Source of the DNA: Vannella sp.
Taxonomy: Eukaryota
DNA length: 33,189 bases
NCBI GenBank assembly: GCA_023345925.1
Contig: JAJQQN010001155.1
Location: 1 to 33,189, forward strand
Direction of reading: 5' to 3'
The position numbers and the translations under genes are program-made. The notes beneath the pieces were generated by a model. The model saw nothing but the letters and a program-made list of their open reading frames with translations. It was not told where the DNA came from and did not search any database. Shown here one piece after another: positions 10,831 to 21,742 of this stretch (position 1 is the stretch's first letter; every line of letters starts with the position of its first letter).

Positions 10831-12083
10831 ATGGTCCAGCGACTGCTCCTGCTCGAACCCTTTGCAGGAGGGAGTCATTTGCAGCTTGTTCGCTTCGTAC
10901 AGCTTTTGGCCGACGCAGGGGAGGTACAGCTGACGGTGCTGACGCTACCAGGGAAGAAGTTCAAGTGGCGCAGTCGTGGAGGTGCCTTCTGTCTGGCTCA
11001 GAAGCTTCCGCCCTTCACCGGGACATGTTTGTTTGATGTTATCCTCTGCGTGTCGGTTTGCAGCCTCTGTGAGTTGATAGGACTACGGCCTGATCTTGCT
11101 AGTGCTCATAAGATACTCTACTTTCATGAGAATCAGCTGGCAGGCTACCCAGTCCAACACAAACTCGAGCGTGACCTCCAACTCGGGTTCAGCCAGCTCC
11201 TCAGCTGTCAGAGTGCTGATGCTATCCTCTGGAACAGTGCCTTCAACCGAGATATGTTCATGGGCGAAGGAATAGACTCTCTATTCCGCCAAATGCCCGC
11301 CGATCAGCGCCCCGATCGAGAGGTCTTGCGATCCACTCTCCTCTCCCGCAGTCATCTCTTACCCGTCCCTGTCCACGATGAGTGGCTCCACTCGCCTTCT
11401 ATCATCTCCGCTCAGCAAGCTCAAAGAACAGGCCCACTCCAAATCGTACGTTGGACCCTCACAGAGAGGAATGTCGATGGCCTGACCCTTTCTGGAAGCT
11501 GTGGAACCACAGAATGGAGTATGACAAGCAACCTGAGCTCTTCTTTGAGGCTCTCCTCGAGATGAAAGCGGCCAAACTCACTTTCCAAGTGACTTTGCTC
11601 GGCGACGACTTTGCCAAGTCCGCCGGTTCGCTCCAAGAAGCTCAAGAACAGCTGGCAGACCATATTGTGCACGCTGGCTACCTTGAATCTGCATTAGACT
11701 ACCAAAACTTGCTTCTATCTGGCCGGATGGACGTTGTAGTGTCCACAGCGTTGCACGAGTTCCAAGGATTGGCCATTCTGGAAGCCACTTTGGCAGGGAT
11801 CTTCCCTCTTTGCCCATACCGCCTGGCTTATCCAGAATACCTTCCTCCGGAGTGCCTTTACAAAACGGACGCGCAGTTCAAGAAGAAGCTGCGATACTTT
11901 GCCAAGAATCCCTCCCATCTTCGCCACACCAGCGAACACGACATCCGCCAAAGGCTCTTTGAAACACAGCCAAGCACAAGCCAGCGCCTCTCTCCGTCAG
12001 AGTACCGCTGGTCCATTCTCCAATCCCAATACCGAACGCATTTGAAGTTAGGAACGGCTTCCCCCCTCCCAACCACAATGTAG
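10831..12083 (+). CDS. GTDC1: GTDC1/QTMAN-like GT4 glycosyltransferase (tRNA-queuosine alpha-mannosyltransferase family); intron 11446-11498
   Basis: Family motifs EPFAGGSH, TLPGKKFKWR, LRPDL, ILYFHENQL..YPV, WNSAFN, spliced PLQILWNHRMEYDKQPE, DVVVSTALHEFQG, LCPYRLAYPE. Confidence 0.92.
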
Positions 12084-12179
12084 ACTGAAGTTACCTCCTC
12101 TGGAAGACTTTGAAGCGCCCCAGTAGTTCATAGGACGCTTCATCCACCTCGTGGGAGAGTGCATTGGTAAGGAATGGAG

Positions 12180-12497
12180 TCAGAACGAGATTCCGGCGTT
12201 GGAAGTCAATTCCAGGAGAGCCTCGTCGCCTCTGAGAGCGGTATGCAAGTGTACTACACTTATTGTCGTTTTCGTGTCCTCTTTAGCGGCGTTGCCAGAG
12301 AGTTCCACAACCTCGGCAGTCAGATATTCCAGGACGGCGGCCACGTAGACTGGAGTGAGCTCATCGATGCTTAGAGAAAGCCTACACTTCATTAGATGGT
12401 GCAAAGCTTCCACTGGGAACTTCAGTCCTGCAGAGGAACTTGTCCGTGGCTCAGGAGCAGCACTTGTAAACCGCCTTCGCCCCCTCGGCTCTCGCAT
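12180..12497 (-). CDS. Divergent histone H2A-like ORF in the +1 frame relative to the H2B-like ORF; possibly the 3' half of a doublet
   Basis: [37 protein letters not shown] and [12 protein letters not shown] match H2A [35 protein letters not shown] and HLQLAIRNDEEL. Overlaps the H2B-like ORF by 47 nt if ATG 12497 is used. Confidence 0.88.
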   Translation of the reverse strand: [105 protein letters not shown]

Positions 12498-12747
12498 AAC
12501 CTGCCAGTTCTGCGGGTACGAGCAACTTCATCGCCTCTTCCATTTCCTCTGGAGTGGGGCACTGCTTGACTCCCGCAACAGTCACCGCTTCCTTCTCCAT
12601 CCTCAAGTAACAAGCCCCGACCAACTCATTGCACGCCTTCGAAGCTTCTTCAGAGAGATCTACATCGCCATGCATCGCCTTTAGAACTTGGGAGATGTTC
12701 TCTGAGTAGTCCAAGAGGTTGAGGGCACCAGAGACTTCGCCCGTCAT
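12451..12747 (-). CDS. Divergent tail-less histone H2B-like ORF (98 aa); possibly the 5' half of an H2B-H2A doublet
   Basis: [66 protein letters not shown] aligns with H2B [51 protein letters not shown]. Confidence 0.85.
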   Translation of the reverse strand: [98 protein letters not shown]

Positions 12748-12950
12748 CGCAAAGGAAAGTGGGGTCACGTGACCTGGTTTTGGGCCAATCAGCGACTCCC
12801 ATTCCCTTGTCCATTGATGTGGCAGTCCCCCATTTTGTGGGTGACCTGCCGTCCATTTTTAATCCCTAAAATGGTTGGCAAAGTGAGGTGTTGAGGGGAA
12901 GAACAAATATCTCCGGAATGGGCCAATCGAATCATTTCGTTTGGTCGCCG

Positions 12951-15900
12951 ATGGGGAAGAAGGGGGGAGGCATCGAAGAGGTTGCAGACGTCTCTGAACA
13001 GGACCAAAGTGAGCGCACATTGTGTGCCTGAGGGGTGGCGCTGATGCATGTGGCTAGAATGGGCCGATGAAACGTTAAAGGGCAAAAGGGACGACCAAGT
13101 CTTTCTTGGTTGGGTCAACCGACCAAAGGGGAAGGTTTTTGATTCCCGTCTCGTCCTCCTTTCCAAGTTCCGTCTGTATGTGGCCACGTCAAAGTACAAG
13201 GTAGGACCTGGCAACGCTTGTGAAAAGGGTGCGCTGCCTCTGACCTTCTCCTTCTCCCAGACCGAACGCGAAGCGCACATTGCAGAGATCAAGTCCATCG
13301 AAAGCTCGGCCAGCGATAACGTGAGGCATCTTCTGGTCCGAAGGGAGAGGCGAGAACTCACACGATCCAGGTTACCATCAACTTTGAAGGGTGGAACCTT
13401 GTTGCCCACTCTCCTCAGACAGACGACTTCATCAATCACATCGTTGCAGCACACAAGGATGCTTTCCCAGGCATGCCAGAAGCGGACGGGTTCAAGATTG
13501 CTGTGGAGCCATCCTCTCGGTACGCTGAGGCCCCTTTTCTCCTCCCCCTCGAACTAACACTACTGAATAGTGTTAGAGAAGCTCCTGACAGCGACCTCAG
13601 TGTTTGTGGAGGCTTCGTGAACACGTATCGCGCTTATTGTGACTACTTTGGAACGCCTGTGCGTGAGGACATTGTCTGGGACGTCTCCCACCTGTTCACC
13701 ACCAACAACGTGACGGAGTTCAACCTGGAAGACCTCGAACAACCCGTCACGCCTGAACAACTGTCTCCTCTCTTTGCCGCTCTCCGCTACAACGGCTACT
13801 TCACTGGCCTTATCGCCCGGAACATACCTCTGGATGTCAAAAAGACCCTCCCTGAGATTGGGAAGTGCCTTTCTCACAACAGCACGATCACAAAGCTGGT
13901 CCTCGTCAATGTGGGAATGAACAAAGACGCCGCCAGCCTTCTGGCAGACGGAATCAGAGCCAATCCTAACACCAGCATCAACGTCATTGACTTTTCACAA
14001 AACCAAATGGACGACAAAGCAGCGAGCGCCTTGGCAGCTTGTATTGGGGCGCAGAAGAACGGAATCATCCAACTCAATCTTGCTCAATGCGGGATTAGCA
14101 AGGCGGGGATGAGCCAGTTAGGGCAAGCCTTCAAGAAGAACGTTCACATGACCAACACGCTTTCTCAGCTTAACATTCCTTCGAACCATCTCGATGCTGA
14201 TGGCTCCTCTGCCCTGGCCTCGTGGCTGGCGTGCCCCAACAAGCTCGCAGTCCTCAACATTGCCAATACGAATGCCAATTTGGAGACAATCACGCCTGCT
14301 CTTGTGCGAGGATGCAGCGCGATTCACTCCATCAATGTGTCCGGCAATAAGATGGTCAAGAAGACAGCTGTCTCTCTTGCTCAGTTCCTCCAGTCCACAG
14401 ACTCGCTTCTGACCCTGAAACTCTCCAACACAAGCTTAGCCCCTGATGACATGGTCGCCATTCTCACAGCCATTGGATCGAATCCCTACCTGAAGAACAT
14501 CGAACTCTACTTGGAGAGCAACAAATTGGGTCCCCACGGTGCCAAGCTCTTGGATGTGCTTGCTAAGTCAGTACCAAACGTCACCAAGCTCAACCTCGCT
14601 GATAATGAGTTCCCTGATGAGTCCATCTCACTTATTTGCAAGTCTCTGACACTGAGTCGCTCTCTCATCTCTCTGGACATCAGCCGAAACTTCTCTGTGA
14701 AACCCACCAAGGCCCGAGAGCAAGCCATCGAGGATTTGATTGATCTTCTCAATAGCGAATGCCCCCTCGAACAGCTCATCCTCCAAGGCAGTAAAACGGT
14801 CTCTCTGAAGAACGACTTGCTTCCCCTCCTGGATGGAGTCGGGACCAACGACTCTTTGCTCTTCTTGGACATTTCTGGTCAGCAAATTGGCAACAAAGGA
14901 GCCATCGCCTTGGGAAAGATGCTCCAGACGAACCGCAAACTCCAACATCTGGTCTGGGAAGATAACGGGACCACTCTCTTTGGATTCACTGCTGTTGCTG
15001 GCGGACTTGAGCGCAACCGCTTCCTCAAAGAGATGCCCATTCCCATCGTGGATGTCTCGAATGCTCTTAAAAGCGACGCGCCTGACCGTTTGCAGAAGTG
15101 CATTACTCAATTGCAAAGCCTTTTGGCGCGCAATCAGAATCCCAAAACCCTCATGGGCGGTGGCCGCGGGAACAACTTCAACCAATTCTCTATTCTGAGC
15201 TCTGGTGATCGCGAACATGTTGAAAGGCTCAAGTTTAAGATCAAAAGCTCCAATCGCAAACCTACAGAGGACCAGAAGACGATCCTCTCTGACGCAGAGA
15301 ACAACGATAACAGCATGGCATCCATTTACAGCATCGCTGAGGCCCATCAAACCGTTATGGCTGATGAAATCACCGCCAAACTCCGTGAACTAGCCAAGGA
15401 CATTATGCCCATCGTAGACAAACACTTCGCAGGGATGGTTGGCTCAGTCATCAGCACCATTGGTGAGCGCTACCAAAGCCTCGAGCCTGACTCGATCCGC
15501 CGCATCAACACAAGTATCAACTTTGGGGTTGCGCCTCTTGAGGAGAAGAAGATTGAAGACATCCTCGCTAACGCTGCCTCGGCAGAGATTGCTTCCAAGT
15601 CAAACGAAGTATTTGCTGCTGCTCTTGAGATTGCCACAGATTACATCTACGAGAAGCTCATTAACGGTCTGGTTACTATTGTGGACGATGTCAAGACAGC
15701 TGAACCTCGCAAAGAGTCTGCAGCTCTCTTTGACTCTTCCAAGGCCGTCGAAACGGAAAAGGAAACAGTCAAACCACAGGAGAAGCCAGCTACAGCTCCA
15801 GTGCAAGAACCTGAATCAGCATCTCCAACTGTTGCTCGACGAGGGGGTCCACCAGTGAGAGGAAGACCACCTTCGCGTGGAACTCCAGGATCTGGTGGAA

Positions 15901-16394
15901 CACCTACACAAGCTCCCACCAACGAGGGAGGATCACCCATCCGAGGAGGGCCGCCGAGAGGAGCTCCCAGGGGAAGAGGAAACGTGGCTAATCGATTGGC
16001 ACCTGGTCTTGATCCAACAAAGATGTTGGGAGGGATGGGAATGGGGCCGAGGCCAGGCTCTATGGCTCCTAGACCAACTGAGAACTCTGAACCAGAGAAA
16101 TCCTCTGCTGCTCCTGCCCCAGAGAAGAAGGCACCCTCAGCTCCAAAGAAGTCAGGAGGACTGTTTGGTAAGAAGAAAGCTGCACCTGCTCCACCAACAA
16201 GGGCTGGAACGAGACCTGCTCCTCCAGTCAAAAAGGTCGCCAAGCCTTCTGGGGACACCGATAACCTCAAACTTCTGGATGCAGCTCAAAAAGAAGCTCC
16301 TGAGACAACACCGCTGACTCATGCTACCAAAGAGCGACCGATGGTCGCCCGAAACCGTCGCCCTCCCACCCGACGGCCTCGTGCGCCAGAATGA
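12951..16394 (+). CDS. CARMIL: CARMIL (capping protein, Arp2/3, myosin I linker); 5 exons (12951-13008, 13058-13200, 13261-13320, 13371-13519, 13571-16394)
   Basis: N-terminal PH-like region, CGGF linker motif, ALRYNGYF, long LRR array, helical domain, Pro/Gly-rich tail, and C-terminal CPI motif LTHATKERPMVARNRRPPTR. Four GT-AG introns (49, 60, 50, 51 nt). Confidence 0.93.
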
Positions 16395-16558
16395 AGGATC
16401 CCAAATAAACTATGAACGATTCTTCAAAGATATTTTACTTATTATGACGGAGCTAAGATTTCTTTAGGGTCCAATCAGGCCACAAAGCAAATTGATTGGA
16501 TATCTAAGCAGGACTCAACCAACCAAAAGCCGAGCCATTCTAGCCCTCACTCGGCGAC

Positions 16559-18014
<1,456 letters not shown>

Positions 18015-18115
18015 ATGCGCTCTTCTCTTGATGCCGAGCCGGTTTGTCGCGACCTTCACCGCTAATAAATAGGATCCTCTCATGCTCTGACAATAATTAA
18101 CGTTTAGATGATGAA

Positions 18116-21100
18116 ATGAAATATTTTATTCATATTGAAGTGATCCACCCATTGATTCCCGCATATCGCCATTCTTTGATGCCGCAGAACTTGTCGTGCC
18201 ACAACGTGCGGGTGTATGGCGCTTCCATCCAGTCTGTTGCTTCGATTGCAGAGGCTCTTGCAGATCAGTGTCGTTGGAAAATGGTGACTCTTCTTCCTTA
18301 CACTCAAGACAGCACCGATTTCGTTTTTCTTCGCATGGTGGCCCTGAAGGGGCAGGTTCCCCCCATTGAAGGGTCCCATTTCCAAACATTGTGGATTGAG
18401 GGCAAAGAATTGAATGCTTCTATCCAAGTGGGACCAATCAAGGTCTTCACCGTGTCGCCCCACGACACAATTGCGATACTTCCTCAAGGGACAAAGCCTT
18501 CGGCCCGTGTATCTGTCCAATTCCGTGGTGTAGTTCTTCCTCGTAAGCCTGGCGATGAGTTCCGCAGCGAGGTGATCGTCAAAGATCTCTCCAAACAAGG
18601 CCTTTTCCTCCCTGACGTGAACCTCATCACAGTTCTTTCAGAAGGAAGCCTCAAGTTGCAAGACAAGTTCTCTAGAGCTGCTAAAAGCAAAGGATACTCT
18701 GTTTCCCCCGGAGGACACGTCGTGTTTGACTTGAGCGTGAAGATCCCTGAGGATTATGACAAGGTGAAGGTTCAGGCACCGATTGTCAAGCTCTGGACGA
18801 ACGAACTGGAGATCTACTTCCACATGGACAAGCCCTTCTTTGATTTGGCGTCTGCTTCGCCAGCTGTGGTGGAGGAAAGTGAAGAACACGAGGAAGAGGG
18901 AGAGCTGTATTTGGATGATGAAAACGACGTTTCTGTCGTTTGGGACGATAGAAAACGTCAGTACATCCCCTTGGCACCTGCTAGCGAGCTGGGAAGAAAG
19001 AAACTCCAATTTGATCAGGGTATCGACAGTATCCGCCCGATTGCAGAGTATCCCGTCCCTGAAGAGTACACGTCACAGTTGAGTGCCAAGGACGTCGTCT
19101 ACAAAGGCGAACCGTGGGGCCATCGCTCTGCAGAAAGCCGAAGAGCCATGCTCCACCAACTCTTATTCTTGGAGGAAGTTTACATTCTCCGCCAACTTCG
19201 CCGCTTTGATGTGAAGAACGCAGTCCCTCGCTACCACAAAGAAGGCACCGATTACGAGATTAACAATTTGCTCTTCTTTAAGGAGTGTCTGCTCGAAGTG
19301 GACGTGGAACGTCTTTCTGAGCATCGCCCTTCCGTCCTTCGGGGTGACGTTGTGACCCTCTGGCAGACCAATGACGACTGTGAGTTCGAAGCCCGAGTTC
19401 TTGACACCCAACAGTCCAGAGTCATTCTTATCGTTGACCAATCCTTCAAGGCAAAGTACCCTCCCACTCAAATGGAGGTTGGGCGTTTCCAGTTCAATCT
19501 CAGCTTCACTGCCCATTTGCGAACTGGGAGATCTATTGACTCTCGCCTTCAGTGGCGAACTTTCCACCAAGCCGTTGACAAGGCGGACATATCTCTACTC
19601 TGCCCAGTAGAAATGCCTACTAAAACAGGAAAGACCATCATCACAACACTGGATTCCATCAAACCCATTCTTGGCGCCAAAAGGCTCTCCCAGGAGCAGC
19701 TGGAGATTGTCAAGAAGACAGTGAACTTTGGCTATCGCGGCACCCCCTTCATCGTTTTTGGACCATTTGGCTCGGGCAAGTCCACCACCTTGGCAGAGTG
19801 CGTCGCCCAAATCCTGTATTTCCAACCAAACTCCCGCATCCTTCTTTGTACTCAAACAAACGCGGCTGCGGATAGTCTTGTAGCCAAGTTAGGAGCTTCC
19901 CCGGCAATTAATCCCGACGTGATGTATCGAGCCTGTTCTCCATTCTACAAGGACATTGACACATTGAAGAACAAGCTCGACATTGAAAGATTCTTTTCTC
20001 CTCTCACTCCCAATCGCGACAAGAGACCTCTCTTGTCGCTGGATCAGCTCCAGAAGAAGTCTTTGATTGTGACAACTTGCCAATTCTCCAGTGCATTGTA
20101 TGGAGTTGGCATGGGCGCATTTACCCATGTCATGATTGATGAAGCGGGTCAGTTATTCCAGCCAGAGATGCTGATCCCCCTTTGCATGGCAAATAGCAAC
20201 ACGAACCTCGTTCTTGTGGGAGACTTTCACCAGTTGGGCCCTCGGGTTTATAGCAAAGCTGCTCGTAGTGAAAGTCTTCGGTTCAACTGTTCTCCTCTGG
20301 AAGAGTTGTTCCGGAGAGTCTCCTGGTATGGGAACAACCCACAACACACTCGGTTCATTGGCAAGCTGACTATCCAGCACCGATGCCCCGACAGCGTGGC
20401 AGAGTTCCCTTTGAAGAAATTCTACAACGAATTCGCATTCAGCTCTTGGACTTTCGACATCGATCCAGCCTCTGCAGCAGTCCCAAGCGAGGTCAAAACT
20501 GCGCTCAATCTCCCTGGCCCGTTCTATCCGGTGATTTTCCACCAATTCCGTGGCATTCAAGAGCAAAGGGCTGATTCTTCATCCATTTACAATTCCCAAG
20601 AAGCCTCGACCCTTGTAGACGTCATCTTGAAGTTGCTCTCTTCGAAGAGCATCACTGCGGGACAGATTGCCATCATTGCGGAGCAATACCAACATCGCAT
20701 GGAGATCAATGCGCTACTCAGCAAAGCTCGCGTTCGAATTTTCACTGGGTCGGCCGTGGCTTTGCAAGGGCGCGAGTTTCCGTACATCTTCATCTCGACA
20801 GCTATCTGCCGCAAGGTTCAGGAGGACCGAAGTGATCACGTGAATCGATTAGCGTGGAAGGATTACCGAAAGCTGAATACTGCAATGACCCGGGCTTCGA
20901 AGATGGTCTACATTATTGGAGACGCCTTTACTCTGGAGGCCGACCCCACTTGGAAGCGACTTTTGGAATACTGCAAATTCAAGAAAACTCTCATTGGAGA
21001 CACTATGACGGAGGAAGAGATCCTCCAAAGGGAAGGTGCACCTCTTCGTCTGCAGAGGGACCCCCTAGGGGGAGCCAGTTTGAGGGATCCCACTCTATTC

Positions 21101-21664
21101 AAATCCAAGCCTTCTCCCTGGGCCATAAGTGGTGTTGTTCCTGCAGACGAGGGGGTCTTTGTTACTGCACCCGAGTCATTCAAAGCCTCCAAAAGTGGAG
21201 CGACATCCAATGGAGGAGCTGGGAAGGCAACTGCGTGGAACATGCCCAGTGGTAACGCTCCTGAAGCACCTGCCGCTAGTGTCTGGGGACTAGCGACCGC
21301 ACCGGCAGTGACAGCTTATCCTCCAGCTCGGAAGGCCCCCGTAGCCTGGGGAACAGACGCTGATTTTGTTCCATCCCAGGGACTGTCTGACTGGTCGACT
21401 CAAAGTCCCTTTGCTCCTTCTGCCATTCGAGCGGCAGAACCAAGTTATGCTCCCTCAACTGAGTGGCGAAGTTCTTCTCCTGCACCCCTCGCATCTTCTA
21501 CTGGTGTTCAGATCACCGTCGAGATCAGTGGCGGCTCCTTGATCCTCACCACCCCCAACGGGAACCAGACGATGACCATCAACGGGATCGTTCCCGGTGC
21601 CACCGTCACCATCAACACCCTTTCCCAAGGCCGTCTCGTCAACACTCAATATCTCCACCAATAA
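18116..21664 (+). CDS. UPF1-like SF1B RNA helicase of MOV10/SDE3/Armitage type; intronless
   Basis: LSEHRPSVLRGD (MOV10-type), Walker A GPFGSGKS, LCTQTNAAAD, Walker B FTHVMIDEAGQ, VGDFHQLGP, LQGREF, LNTAMTRA, IIGD..W. Low-complexity C-terminal tail. Start 18116 or 18179. Confidence 0.88.
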   Translation: MKYFIHIEVIHPLIPAYRHSLMPQNLSCHNVRVYGASIQSVASIAEALADQCRWKMVTLLPYTQDSTDFVFLRMVALKGQVPPIEGSHFQTLWIEGKELNASIQVGPIKVFTVSPHDTIAILPQGTKPSARVSVQFRGVVLPRKPGDEFRSEVIVKDLSKQGLFLPDVNLITVLSEGSLKLQDKFSRAAKSKGYSVSPGGHVVFDLSVKIPEDYDKVKVQAPIVKLWTNELEIYFHMDKPFFDLASASPAVVEESEEHEEEGELYLDDENDVSVVWDDRKRQYIPLAPASELGRKKLQFDQGIDSIRPIAEYPVPEEYTSQLSAKDVVYKGEPWGHRSAESRRAMLHQLLFLEEVYILRQLRRFDVKNAVPRYHKEGTDYEINNLLFFKECLLEVDVERLSEHRPSVLRGDVVTLWQTNDDCEFEARVLDTQQSRVILIVDQSFKAKYPPTQMEVGRFQFNLSFTAHLRTGRSIDSRLQWRTFHQAVDKADISLLCPVEMPTKTGKTIITTLDSIKPILGAKRLSQEQLEIVKKTVNFGYRGTPFIVFGPFGSGKSTTLAECVAQILYFQPNSRILLCTQTNAAADSLVAKLGASPAINPDVMYRACSPFYKDIDTLKNKLDIERFFSPLTPNRDKRPLLSLDQLQKKSLIVTTCQFSSALYGVGMGAFTHVMIDEAGQLFQPEMLIPLCMANSNTNLVLVGDFHQLGPRVYSKAARSESLRFNCSPLEELFRRVSWYGNNPQHTRFIGKLTIQHRCPDSVAEFPLKKFYNEFAFSSWTFDIDPASAAVPSEVKTALNLPGPFYPVIFHQFRGIQEQRADSSSIYNSQEASTLVDVILKLLSSKSITAGQIAIIAEQYQHRMEINALLSKARVRIFTGSAVALQGREFPYIFISTAICRKVQEDRSDHVNRLAWKDYRKLNTAMTRASKMVYIIGDAFTLEADPTWKRLLEYCKFKKTLIGDTMTEEEILQREGAPLRLQRDPLGGASLRDPTLFKSKPSPWAISGVVPADEGVFVTAPESFKASKSGATSNGGAGKATAWNMPSGNAPEAPAASVWGLATAPAVTAYPPARKAPVAWGTDADFVPSQGLSDWSTQSPFAPSAIRAAEPSYAPSTEWRSSSPAPLASSTGVQITVEISGGSLILTTPNGNQTMTINGIVPGATVTINTLSQGRLVNTQYLHQ

Positions 21665-21692
21665 CTCACTCGCCACCAGGGTTTGTAAAGTT

Positions 21693-21711
21693 AACCCTAA
21701 ACCCTAAACCC
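21693..21711. promoter_or_regulatory. Interstitial telomere-like/telobox repeat AACCCTAAACCCTAAACCC
   Basis: About 2.7 copies of (TTTAGGG)n on the minus strand, in the 78-nt spacer and about 30 nt upstream of ATG 21743. Confidence 0.55.
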
Positions 21712-21742
21712 ACTTTCCCTTTCTCTTTCTTCATTTCTTGGG

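Noticed and set aside
12405..12462. Antizyme gene (TGC TCC TGA followed by LKFP, similar to antizyme LKIP)
   Set aside because: Both frames are clearly histone folds, and GLxFPV is an H2A motif. Only the shift-site similarity is retained as a finding.
12439..12471. Micro-intron fusing the H2B-like and H2A-like ORFs
   Set aside because: The only frame-restoring GT-AG options I found are 22 and 25 nt with poor donors, far below the 44-62 nt introns in this window.
14628..16270. Long antisense ORFs (240 and 207 aa; similar ones at 253-564, 27334-27987 and 28338-29159)
   Set aside because: They are shadows of real genes on the opposite strand, with no independent motifs.
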